Shown one piece after another: positions 12,301-23,176 of a stretch of DNA of 55,285 nt. Where the stretch lies: positions 1 through 55,285 of the forward strand of contig JAUCBJ010000408.1 of assembly GCA_032718475.1 (NCBI GenBank). Direction: 5' to 3'. The first letter of the stretch is position 1, and every line of letters begins with the position of its first letter. The translations under genes and the position numbers were made by a program. A model generated the notes under the pieces. It saw only the letters and a program-made list of their open reading frames with translations, ran no database searches and was not told where the DNA came from. Source of the DNA: Nemertoderma westbladi. Taxonomy: Eukaryota > Animalia > Xenacoelomorpha.

Positions 12301-14933
12301 CAAGTAGGTGCTTTTACCATCACCCCATCGTCATTATGGTGGTCTAAGGACATGCGTAGAACATAGTTAACTACAAATATGAATAAGAATGATGCAAGTA
12401 TGTCACCCTGAACTCATAACACTTCAAGTAAAATCGACCTAACATAATATCGACCTAATATAATAACGTATAAACATTAATAAAATAATTATTACAGTAA
12501 AAACTTCTTTATTTAACATATACACAACGAGATCAAATATATCAATCATTATATTCAAATAATGCTGTTCATAATTAATTGATTGGTATTCATCCAAAAT
12601 TATGTTTGAACTACATTAACATAAATATTTTTGTAATATTTATAATTGTAGAATTAAATTTTAGTTTGTATTCCCTCTTATTATTGGTTCTTGGATGGTA
12701 TAAATTACGTAAATTGTAATTTTGCTCGATATTATCAGTTCCAGAGATGAAGTTCGACCCATTGATCATGTTGGTGCTCTATACATGACTGGGCCAGGTA
12801 TTGAAGACAACATACAAGGGGGAATAATAAAACAATTTGATGAAACAACAATGTAAGTGACAATTTATCGACATTAGATAATCGATAGATTAACATAGCT
12901 ATAAAAGATTTGGATTCGGGAGGGGTCATTTAATGCAATTTCACATTAAACATGTAATTTCAATTTCTGTAAAATGTTTGAAAAATTATAATAAAGGTGT
13001 AAATAAAATACTCTGATGAATATATTATATCATCGTGGTTCAGTTTCTTTTCTGAGAACCAGTCTCTCTGTATATATGACGACATTTACCGTATGGATTG
13101 AAGACATCCGACCCAACAATGGCAAGGAAAAGGAATTTTTCTTATTAATAATTTTATTTCACCAGGCTGATTGATACACGAGATGTCGCAATGGTAAACT
13201 CAAGTAACCAGATTGTATATGTTGGAGAAAACACATGGCAGAATCTAGGAAGTATTAATCACGTTAATGTAAAAGATGCTATAGAGTTTATTAAAGAGGG
13301 TTTGTTATTGTAAAGGATGCAAAAGTTTAATTACATAATAAATAAGAATTTAAGTTAAACTAACAATCAATAACAATTACATTAATTTTTATTAAATTAT
13401 GTTTATTTAATATTTAATCTTAGGATCAATGTTTACCAAATCTCATAAAAGTAATCGATACTTGCGACTCGATACGAAGAATACTCAGCCGGTGATCGCC
13501 TGGGGTGCCAACAGCAACTACACAAATAAACGGATACCGGTCGCAAATATTTCTAAGATTACTTCTTACATGTCGCATGGTTAGTCGAGACAGGGAGGGG
13601 AAACACGACGCAAATCCCATCTCGGCGAATTATTATTACAATTTTAAAATATCAATTATTAGCAGGTTACAGAGGCACGTTATTCTAACCAAATCCATAA
13701 ACTAAAGTTAATCCAAACAGGTTACCGTGGAACGTTATTCTAACCAAAACAATAAACGAAACACAACAGAACAGGTTACAGTTTGATTTTTTAGAGTAAT
13801 CAGCTGCTATTTGTGTAGATTTTTTCCCTGGAGAGAAATTAATTTGTATTGCGTCGAAAGTCTATCTGAGTTATTCAGAACTGGATGGCTTGAAGAGGGA
13901 CTTGCAGGATTACTATGTTTGCTATGAATATTGTTTAGGTTCCTGGGTTCCTTAAACCTCTGAACCTACACCCCTTCCCCAGGGTGAATTCCTTCCATAC
14001 AAGGGGAAAGTGTCAAATATACACAATAAATTAGGGAGAAAAACTGGTACTGAAATTTAGTTATTTAATGGAATTTATTTCAGTATAGTTATGTGGGCGA
14101 CGGGCATGTTAACAATAATAATATTATTTTATTTTTAGGACAATACGCCATGGTGCTGAGCACTAAAGAGAAAGAATATGTGTTCAACTGCCGGAATCCA
14201 GACACCCTAAACAGATGGTTGGTCGGTTTGCACGGAGTCCTGGATGAGTTGCTGCCTAGAACGGTGAACGAAGCTGGGGAGTACGTTGATATGGGGGCCG
14301 CCGAAGTTTGGGAAAGTCAGCCCCGGAAAATGACAGACATTCCAGGGGTTGTAAGTTATCAATTAATTACAATTAATTATTTGTAATTTATTATCGTAAC
14401 TGTATGCGAAAGAGATGCCACAATCTGATACATCGCCCACAACTGGGGCTTCCAATTTCAAATATAATTTGTTACAATTACGTTTACAGGTTTACTAAAA
14501 TACGAGTTATAAATAATCCATAATTAGTCACAATTGTTTATTTTGACTCTTTTATTATTATCTTAGAATTACATGAATGGTTTGTATGAAAGTATAGATA
14601 AGTTACATAAGTATCATTTGATTTTGTAAATATAAATAAATGAAAAAAGCAAATTATTTAATTATACCCGCTAATATTTATTTTGCTTGCAAATTTTTTG
14701 AAAATCGTTTTGATTTAAAATTTTTTATCAAATTCCAGATACGAAAAATATCATCGGCTTTTCAAACTTTACCACGTGGAGTCGAAAGAAGAAGAGGTTC
14801 AACTGTAGAAGAAAAGGGCAAAGAAAAAGGCCGGCAAAGTGTTGATATACAGATGGAGGAACACGAGAAGGTTGTTAAGAAAAAAACTTCGGGGGACGGC
14901 AGAAAAACTAAATTCTATATTGACTCACGATAA
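339..14933 (+). CDS. Multi-exon type I PKS-NRPS-like hybrid (KS-AT-DH-psiKR-ER0-KR-ACP-C-A0-PH), 5' end outside the window. Exons 339-468, 883-1027, 1647-1866, 2735-10521, 10921-11132, 12739-12852, 13166-13299, 13424-13579, 14139-14350, 14739-14933
   Basis: All nine introns are GT-AG with matching phases, and the joined frame is open to TAA at 14933. Motifs: [31 protein letters not shown]; AT GHSVG (3526-3540); [13 protein letters not shown] (4468-4500); KR GGNSGLG (7078-7098) and YATGN (7516); ACP GLDSM (8035-8049); C domain HHMSVDA (8626-8646); A-domain remnants ([23 protein letters not shown]). The C-terminal exons are slightly less certain than the core. Confidence 0.9.
687..830. repeat. 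Interspersed repeat family, with copies near 13660-13850 and a partial copy at 24295-24355
   Basis: Shared core cgttattc(c/t)aaccaaaacaataaac...agaacaggttacagtt...agagtaatcagctg...cctggagag seen at these loci. Confidence 0.75.
2221..2636. mobile_element. MITE in a PKS intron, ~85-bp imperfect TIRs
   Basis: ggttggtgcgcgaaaaa...aacaaggtgccctgaatcgagtggcg at the left end is mirrored by cgccactcgattcagacaccttgtt...tttttcgcgcaccaacc at the right end. Confidence 0.85.
2735..10521 (+). CDS. Giant 7.8-kb exon of the PKS (end of KS through the N-terminal half of the A-like domain)
   Basis: ORF 2758-10539. Acceptor ttag at 2731-2734 gives G|GT-VAGIIK, continuing the KS HLESAAG motif. Donor AAG|gtacga at 10521/10522. 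Confidence 0.93.
11191..11320 (-). mobile_element. Short 3' fragment of an RTE-like LINE with a (TAG)n tail
   Basis: Near-identical to 22608-22718, the 3' end of the RTE fragment; preceded by a (tac)n microsatellite. Confidence 0.8.
11365..11908. mobile_element. Non-autonomous DNA transposon remnant
   Basis: Repeated gtaacgtccgaca motifs (11373, 11390, 11879). The internal block at 11500-11565 resembles the interior of the MITE at 53700-53790. Confidence 0.5.
11909..12072 (-). mobile_element. Older RTE-like LINE RT fragment
   Basis: Aligns with 23042-23160; the minus strand encodes [18 protein letters not shown]. Confidence 0.65.
13166..14350 (+). CDS. PKS exons 7-9: end of the A-like domain and a PH domain (PLC-type PH resemblance)
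   Basis: Spliced translation [95 protein letters not shown]. It shows G-x-hydrophobic-x-K in beta1, R-Y-L in beta2, and a C-terminal helix with the invariant Trp (RWLVGL). Confidence 0.75.
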
Positions 14934-15071
14934 TCAATGAACTTAGTTCTAATTTCAATTTAACTTTATTTGGAATTATTTTAGTGGTTAGGAACACTGT
15001 TAGTTAGTTATTCGGTATTTTTCATGTTATAATTATGTTAAGAAAAAATCTGGGTTGTTAAACAGGCTAAT

Positions 15072-18000
15072 GTAATTATATTCTTTAATCCAACATATGG
15101 AATTAATAATTTATAAAATAGCTAAAATAATTAATTATAAAATGTATATCTACTAATAATTAAAAATGCAGTTAAACGAGTTCGAGGAGGCGAGGTTATA
15201 GGTTAATCGCTCAGGTGTCGGTCGGGGGTTCTATACTCATGAGGTACAGGGCGCACCTTAATACTGATAAGTTGGTCGGAATTCCAAGGCATTGTGAATA
15301 ATGTGCGGCCGAGGTAGCGTTACTGTTACATAACCAACAAACACAGTTATCCATGGGCCTTCAGCAGTTGGGCTTCTTACACAATCGATGATGGCAGCCA
15401 TTGGCGATTAGCTGGGCTGCGGCTCTGCGGCGGAACCCAGTTAGGGACACGAGATTTATTTCTGCACCATCGCAGTTATCGATTGCGTTTAGTACGGCAG
15501 TTGAGGACGATAGTTTGTAATAGAAGGCTCTGTATGTACATGTTCTAGTTGCGGTATGTTTTCCAGTGAGGTAAAAACGGTGCATCAATATGTTGCTGAG
15601 GGGTAGACTACTGAGGTCCATGGCCGCTTTGCTGAGTCTAGTGATATATGTTGCATATTTGCTTTAGTTGCAATACAGATGGAGCTGGCCACACCCTTTT
15701 TGTATAAGTGCTGATAATGCGCGGATGGACCATTTTTTGTGGAGAGAATGACGCCTAGGTAGTTAAAAGTCGTTTTGAATTCAAGTTTGGAGCCATTGTA
15801 ATATAATATGTCGCTTTGAGCTAACCGTCCACCTTTGCGAAATTTTACTATTTTTGATTTTGATAGGTTGACCGTAAGGTCGTTGACCCGGCAGTAATTA
15901 GATAACCTGTCTAGAGCGTCCTGGGTGGTCTTAATTGAATCCCCAACTAATGACAAGATCATCTGCATACATAATAACAAGGCAGAGGGTTCTCATGAGA
16001 ATGGATGGAAGATCTGCCACAAAGATACTACAGTATGTAAACAGTGACAGTGGAGACTCTCTGGACTGCCACTGGAGAGCCAAAGGCTCGACAGAGTCTT
16101 ATGAGGAATAAATAATGCAGCCTTTTTAACGAAACTTAGCAAACCAACATAAACACCAAAGTAAAACCTCATAAGATAGCATTATATCGAACCCCTTGTC
16201 AAGTAGGCACTCTCCTTTGATCTTTTTTAGGTCGATTTTTAAAGGATTTTTCCAGCAGAACGGCGAAAGCTAGAACGATTCTGTTTGCGCGATCTTGTAG
16301 ATGTCCCGAGCGCGCACAGCAGAGAAATATTTGGCAAAAATCTGTTAATTAATTAATTAGTAATTAGCGATTAAAGATTTCTAATTGATTTTTCTCGAAA
16401 AGTATTTGGTTTTTCCCCTAGCAACGGTGATTTTTTTTTGTTCATCTCGGTAAGATCTAAAAAAAGTTCAGTCATCGCTATGGCCCTCCTATTACTGTTA
16501 ATTAGTACTAATTAGCCGAAAACTAATTAGCGTCGTAACTCGAAAACACTAAGAGCTATGAAAAAACGTAACATCACAAAGTTGTTCGGAATTTTATTCT
16601 ACACAAAAAAGTCTTTGGCGCCGATGCCGTATCTACTACCGTTAATTAGTAATTAACTAATTACTTAATTACCTAATTGGCGGGGGGGCTTTGCGCCCCC
16701 CCCCCCCCCCCCGTCCCCCAAATCCTTATTCACAAGGTGTATCAAAGCGGTTTACTATTTTACAAATGATAATTACTCTAAAATCTTTTGAATCTAACTA
16801 ATTAACGATTTTACTAATTAGTAAAGTTCCCCAAATTAATTAATAATTTATCCAATCCGGCTGCAATTAATTAAACAGCTGAGTCGTCAGCCTGGTTCAG
16901 CAAAAATCAGCAGTTGGTAGTATGCTCAAAAAACTGTGTTCATACTACTGACTTATGCCGGTAGCTACTACCTAGCTCTGTCTGTCTGTAGCTAATCATA
17001 GTCTGTAGTGCCCGGTGTACTCTGGGACTGCTATGGCACCTTCAGTCCTGCAGTCCGAGCTGTATGCACACGCTGTACAGCAGTACAGCGCCGCGGTACC
17101 TGTTGCTGTTGTCCGTTCTTAAAGCATGTACAGATGTTAGATGTAAGGGGACGCTTTAGGCTTTCTGGCAGTTATTTAAAACGTTGTAGGCAGATGCCCA
17201 AGGTTGGCAATAATGTTCCCCATGTTCGGGCGCACTCTGAATGCCTAAATTACGGTTGTTTGGTGCAGTTAAAAGTTGCCCAACTTGTAGGCCTATGTAA
17301 TTGCGTTATTTCAATACCTCACCCAGGGCTATCTGACGAAATGGATTTTGACCATCAAGGTGGGTAGAGGCCATTGATGGGTATCTGATGCATGCAACAG
17401 AAAATTTCATCAGACCGAAATCATGCAGCCAGGACATAGACTGTTTAAACAGTCTGTAAACTGTAACAGTAAGGGCGATAGCTTATCACCTTGTATGACT
17501 CCTACAGTTTGAGTAATCGGTTCCAATATAAATGCATACGTAGTTTACTGCGATAAGTGCCCATATAGCCGCAATAAACTTTCGGCTGACACCAAAAGTT
17601 ACCAGACGTTGATATAGGGTTTCTCTGTTGACTGAGTCGAACGCCTTCGTAAAGTCTACAAATACGCAATACGCATGACCTCCAGCTGGTTGTAGGGCAA
17701 CTGTTATATGATTATATATACGTTTAACGGCCATCAGGGTTGAATAACCTCGGCGGAAACCATATTGGGTAGCGGGGAGAATACCTTTGTTCTCAGCAAA
17801 CAAATATAGTCGCTCAAAAATAATAGCTGTATAGACCTTTAACAGGCACGATAGGAGAGCTATTCCGCGATAGCCGTCTGGGGATGTCTTCTTTCCTTTT
17901 CCTTTATAGAGCGGGAGTAGATTGAGGTTAACCAAACTACTGGGCAAGCTCCTAAGGAAAAATAGAGGGTGAACAAACTTAGAAGATACGGGAGTAGTTG

Positions 18001-18137
18001 TAGAAGCCCTGATTTTAGTGCCTCATTTGCCACTCCATCAGGCCCGGCTGCCTTATGGGGCTTCGTATTTGATATTGCGGCTGCTATTTCGGACGGCTCT
18101 ATTTGGCGATCTAGCTGATCATTCGGTTGGTCCGGTA
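15072..18137 (-). mobile_element. 5'-truncated LINE (L2/CR1-group-like RT), decayed and interrupted by an insertion of ~16031-17460
   Basis: RT motifs YRGIALL, QYGFR, VFVDFTKAFDSV and QGDKLSPLL (17470-17947) continue after the insertion as MYADDL, NLSKSK and FNYLGV (15585-16030). 14-bp TSD ttaaacaggctaat at 15058-15071 and 18138-18151. Confidence 0.88.
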
Positions 18138-19448
18138 TTAAACAGGCTAATATTCCACTTAAAATTAAAGTTATAGAGTTTTAAGTTCTAAACTTAAGAT
18201 AAGTTATAAATTTAAAGTTATATATTATTAGGAGTTTTATTATATTATAGTTTGTGGTACGTCCTGTCCTCCCAGTGGTTAAATTACTAACTATACAGTA
18301 CGTAGGGGCCTACTGTGTGTCAACTTAATTTAATTTCCACATTTTTTGGCTTGTCCTCTTGAGAATGCCTTCAGCTGCGGGGCTAAACATGCTGATCAGA
18401 TTATTGCGACAACAGATCACTAGTAGCTTGCAAAGTCTAACTAGCAGGGTCCAGTTGCTTGTTTGAGTTTTTTTTTTACATAGATCGGACCTTACATACT
18501 TTACCTACCGAGAAGGTTTCTTACATATGAGGACTTAAATAATAATATAATAAATGAATTATATAATTCTGATATTCGACCCAGCTTTTTTGAGCTGTTT
18601 TTCTAGCTTATTTTTGAGCTTTTTCTCAAGCTTTTTTTGGAGCTTTATTCTATAATTTAGGTTTTTAACATTCGAAAATTCTCAGATTTATCTTGAAGCC
18701 ATTAATTTCTAGAAATTGTTTTAACTAAAAAAAGCTTGAAATAAAGCTCAAAAAAAATCTTTACGAAGACAAATAAAAAACTTTATTAAAAAATATTTAA
18801 GATTTGAGTTTTCGGGCTACAAATATTTCAGACTGTAGAATGAAATAAATAATATCTTACATAGAAAAATTCATGATAGCAGATTTTGTTAAGATATGAT
18901 TGAATATTATTACTATTACTAGTTCGAGCGAACCCGGACAGTGGAAATGAGATCCTTCCAGGCTTCCCGATTCGCTATAGTTGTTGCAATTTCGTTTCTC
19001 CCAACTCCAGTATCGCTTTCAATTTATTTTGTATATGTTATAGCCGGTCGTAAGTTAGAAAAATATTTGTAGGCCCCATCTGTATGTAAATTCAATAACA
19101 GTCAGGTGGGCGCATGATTATTTCGACTATGTAGATCCGATTAAATATTTAGGGCTCCAAAAATATTTGTCCCTTCGTTAAAATGAATTGGGGTTGAGGG
19201 TTGAGCAGATAAAAATTCATAAAAATGCAAAATTCAAAATTACTCTTTTCGTATATTTAAACGTATTAAGGCTTTTCGTTCTAAGGAAAAATGAAAAATA
19301 TGTTTAGAAAAACTTACAAAGAAGGTAAGCCAAACATTTGGGAAGTGAACGGCAAATGTATTGGTAAAGAATAAATGGATATTAATTAAGGGAGATAGGT
19401 GAACACACCATAATAATAATGGTTAATTAAACTTATTAATTATTGTCT

Positions 19449-21137
19449 TTACAATTGGCAAACTGCATCGACAATGTCCTTCCTCAAAATCAGCCATCTC
19501 GTGGTGTATATTAGCGGCGGCGGAATTGTGCGACAATACCAAAAAAATAGTTGAATTTGCTGCAAAACTCTAAGGTCTGTCATGTTAGAAGAGACCTTGT
19601 ATATAAACAAAAGAGAGACAAAGATAGGCAGCAGAAAAATTGCGCAAGAAATTTGCACGATAATTATAGTTATGACGTCGTAGATATGTTGGGGGTGGAC
19701 CGCGGTGTACCTTTTGAGACGACGTCTCTCGCCCCTGATATTGACACTTTCTTCCATGACTAATGGAGTTCTCGTGTGTAACCAGTTGTTGGTTCCTGAA
19801 GCTGTCGTCACGTCAGAACACGCCGAATTTGACCTCAGAATGGCGCTCCTACTATTCCTACTGTAGTATATACTTTTCTTTCCAGTCGCAAGTCGGGGTT
19901 GATTAGACAGTGCGGGAACTATGTTCACGATCGGAGGCCCGGGAGGAAAATCCATCGATATCTTCTCGGATGGGGATGTAGGCGTGGAGTAAGAATGGTA
20001 CGACGGAAGTGGGATCACTAGCTCTTTTCGTGGACTTGGTGGCAATGACAAATATCGTGAAGATTTAAATCTAGTTGGGGGGATTAATGTCCCATTTTTA
20101 GTATATAATGCGCCTTTGTTGCAGTCTGCGCTATTACTCCTTGTTATTCTTCCCAGTGAAGGTGATAATTGGTAATGCGAAACGGTCATTTCTTGTAACG
20201 GTTTCTGTACAGTGAGAGGCGCTTTTAGTGGCCATGAACTCAACTTCGACCTGGACTTGTGTTGCTTCCCCACAATGTGTTCATTCAAACTCGTTTGACT
20301 TGGTATGAAGGCTGAATTATCACGCGAATATTTCGACATTGGTGGAGGCAAACTTGATCCTTTTTGTCTAAAACCTCGGATGTACGAGACATCCCTGTTG
20401 ACTAGCGACTTTGAGTGACCGAGGACAGCAACGAATCTGATTTTCCTCATATGGCGCCATTCCAGTTGAGTTCGGGTAGGAATATTTCTCATGGCTATTA
20501 GCATTCCCCTAACCGCAGCGCATTGAACAACGAATGCAGCGATAAACAATACAGCGAATAACGATTGATAGAACGCGTGAATGTTCGCCGTTATTGTCAC
20601 ATTGAACAATCGTGTTGCGTAACAGCCTCCAAAATTCTTCCAAGGTTTGAGATCAGGGTAAATTGCGTAGGTAACGATAACGACCGGGAAGCTGACAATG
20701 TAGACGACAGTGATGACAGCATCCTGGGACATACACGCCACATTATTGGTGTAATGCAAAGGGACAGTCATACGCGAGTAACAATTGCGAGAGAGAATAA
20801 GCAAATTGAACAAAGTGACTATTAGTAGAGAGTCTTCAATGACCCACAACAAAACAATGCAAATATCCATATTGTATTGCGCGATTCCCGTGGTTTGATC
20901 TACCAAATACACCAAACCTAATACGCTCACAATCAGGTCGCAGGCGGACTGACTGGCTATAATATGCGACTGATTATTTTGAAGCCATTTTGATCGAAGG
21001 AATGTGATAAGAAACGCGCCGTTGATCAAACACCCGAGCACGCACAGTATGGCGAGAGCTAACGCCGTGGGATAGTTGGAGTTCAGTTTCTGTTGGTTCT
21101 CCAAGGTCCATTCCCTTTCCACAGTAGGGTAGCGCAT
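19449..21137 (-). CDS. Divergent orphan rhodopsin-like (class A) 7TM receptor, intronless CDS, long ICL3
   Basis: 562-aa ORF with 7 hydrophobic segments. TM1 GCLIN, TM2 SACDL, TM3 Cys with SRNCY at the DRY position, TM6 FLLP, TM7 PPLIY. A ~270-aa Ser/Pro/basic loop lies between TM5 and TM6. Confidence 0.8.
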   Translation of the reverse strand: MRYPTVEREWTLENQQKLNSNYPTALALAILCVLGCLINGAFLITFLRSKWLQNNQSHIIASQSACDLIVSVLGLVYLVDQTTGIAQYNMDICIVLLWVIEDSLLIVTLFNLLILSRNCYSRMTVPLHYTNNVACMSQDAVITVVYIVSFPVVIVTYAIYPDLKPWKNFGGCYATRLFNVTITANIHAFYQSLFAVLFIAAFVVQCAAVRGMLIAMRNIPTRTQLEWRHMRKIRFVAVLGHSKSLVNRDVSYIRGFRQKGSSLPPPMSKYSRDNSAFIPSQTSLNEHIVGKQHKSRSKLSSWPLKAPLTVQKPLQEMTVSHYQLSPSLGRITRSNSADCNKGALYTKNGTLIPPTRFKSSRYLSLPPSPRKELVIPLPSYHSYSTPTSPSEKISMDFPPGPPIVNIVPALSNQPRLATGKKSIYYSRNSRSAILRSNSACSDVTTASGTNNWLHTRTPLVMEESVNIRGERRRLKRYTAVHPQHIYDVITIIIVQISCAIFLLPIFVSLLFIYKVSSNMTDLRVLQQIQLFFWYCRTIPPPLIYTTRWLILRKDIVDAVCQL

Positions 21138-22599
21138 GGTTCGTCAGTAGTCTATAAAGGTTCGAGTAAAAAACACATTATGTAGGCCTACCTTTACAAT
21201 ATATTACGTATTTTGACAATAATGGCGATCTGGATTCCCACTTACTCAAATAAATTAATGATTTTTAAGTAAATTAGCACCAGCAATATTCACCGCTTAT
21301 TAGCGAAATCTTCAGTATGTTTCTGACTTGAAAACAATATATAAAAATATAAACCCATATCTCACGTACACTCTACCATTTTAGCATCATAGCGTTCGAA
21401 CACAATTTCCGGACACGCATCACATCCAGACATGCGCACCGATTCCGGAAAAAACATCATCGTGTTTTGAAAAACACCGCGGCTGTATAATTAGACAGAG
21501 AGCGCACACCAACATACATTACAGTGTTGCACCATAAGTTTCTACACTCACCTTCTCGACCTACTGTAGAGTAATAATGTTTGAGATTCTTAAAATATAT
21601 AAACTACTCATACATAATAAATGTTCAATAATTAATATTAAATTAATAAATAAATTATTAAATTGTTTAAATAACATAGGTCTAAATCTTATACAATTAT
21701 AAGTAGTATTTAACTCTAGGTTTTTATACGAATACTCTTTATATAATACGAGGCATCCCGTTCTTGGAACAGTGAGAAAAACCGTATCATTAAATATACA
21801 GTAGTATTGCCACGCCTAAATGTTGGGGACACTATCGATCATTGATTGATATTGATCCCTTCGGAGAAGCCATGAATTATGCAGTTGCTTCAAATACACA
21901 GGAAACAACGGAATAATAATATTATATAACTTTGGCATATATTCTCCATAAATAATATTATGATCTCTAGAAACTTACGTCAATTTGATAACCTTCACAA
22001 TCTATACTTTAGGGCTCTAAATAATTCTTGGAAAGTCACACCCAAATATTATAATACAGTACTATTCTATAAGCTATAAACGAAACGCTCGCGCCTTTGC
22101 AACATACAGTACAATATATAATGTAACTGTAATAAAGTGCAACTACAGTAGGCCTTTATACATATCAAAGTATATTTCACGTTCAATTTCGCAGTGTCAC
22201 TATGTATTACTTATTACAGTATTAGGGCCCATGTGAAGTACAGTTGTAGGCCTATAGACTTTCTGCTGTTATATTTTTCACTTTGCAGTTTACCCTCCAT
22301 CCATTGTGAAGAATACAATGATATTGAAGTTCCATAAACAAATTAGTATCAGTATCTGCACCAGGGTATAAGATGGGAATAAGATAAAATTTCAACCGAA
22401 ATGAAAACCTGATATTCTACACATTGGCGATGGCGATTCAGCGATTATTAGTACCGGTACCGGGACAGGCACAAATGAGAAAACGAATATGAATTGCGGA
22501 ATCTAAATATACTATATTTAAGAATTTATACCACCGATTGAATTTTTAGTAAGAATGTTATCATGTTCACGTATACAAAATAGTATCTAATGTATCCTA

Positions 22600-23176
22600 C
22601 TACTAGGATCGGCATGCTGCATTGTAGCTGCATTTTTAAGAATGCTGTGCCGGCTTGTCAACAAAATTGCACCGCCACAACTCCCTATCACCCATGATAT
22701 TTGCTAGATCATCCGCATCTTCAAGGCCAGTGTCCTTTAAGATGCGTCTCAAGAAAGTCATGGGCTGTCCACCATGCTTATTCACTCCATGAGGCTGCCA
22801 AAGTACAAGATTATGCACTGGCTAGTCCTCACGGCGAAAGCAATGTCCTGCAAAGCGGAGGCGATTTTGTTCTAGTGTCAAGCTTGGGGGAACCAATGAG
22901 ACACCTCCAATGTTATATAGTGTCTGGTTGGAGATTTGTGCATTGTACTTGACACAATGAACCCGGCGTAGCATTCTTGTGAATTTGCCATCCAGAGATT
23001 TGGTGTCCTCAGCAGTTAGAGCCCAGCATGGACTCCCGTAGAGGAGTACTGGAACTACTGCTACTCTAAATAATCGGACCTTAAGTTTCCGATTAATTAT
23101 CGGTGACTTCCAAATCCTGGAAAGCCTATTCAAGGCTGCCCATGCCTTTCCCTTACGTATTCATACGTATTCGAAG
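22600..23176 (-). mobile_element. 5'-truncated RTE-like LINE fragment
   Basis: KAWAALNRLSRIWKS...[20 protein letters not shown]...RLRFAGHCFR is typical of RTE C-termini. 12-bp TSD taatgtatccta at 22588-22599 and 23177-23188. Confidence 0.85.

Noticed and set aside
13879-13955. Alternative PKS exon after ttattcag (ELDGLKRD...WVP*)
   Set aside because: It would truncate the PH domain, whereas splicing 13579 to 14139 completes it; it also borders an interspersed repeat.
17008-17367. 119-aa Cys-rich ORF
   Set aside because: GTG start, no recognisable domain, and it lies within the insertion that interrupts the LINE.
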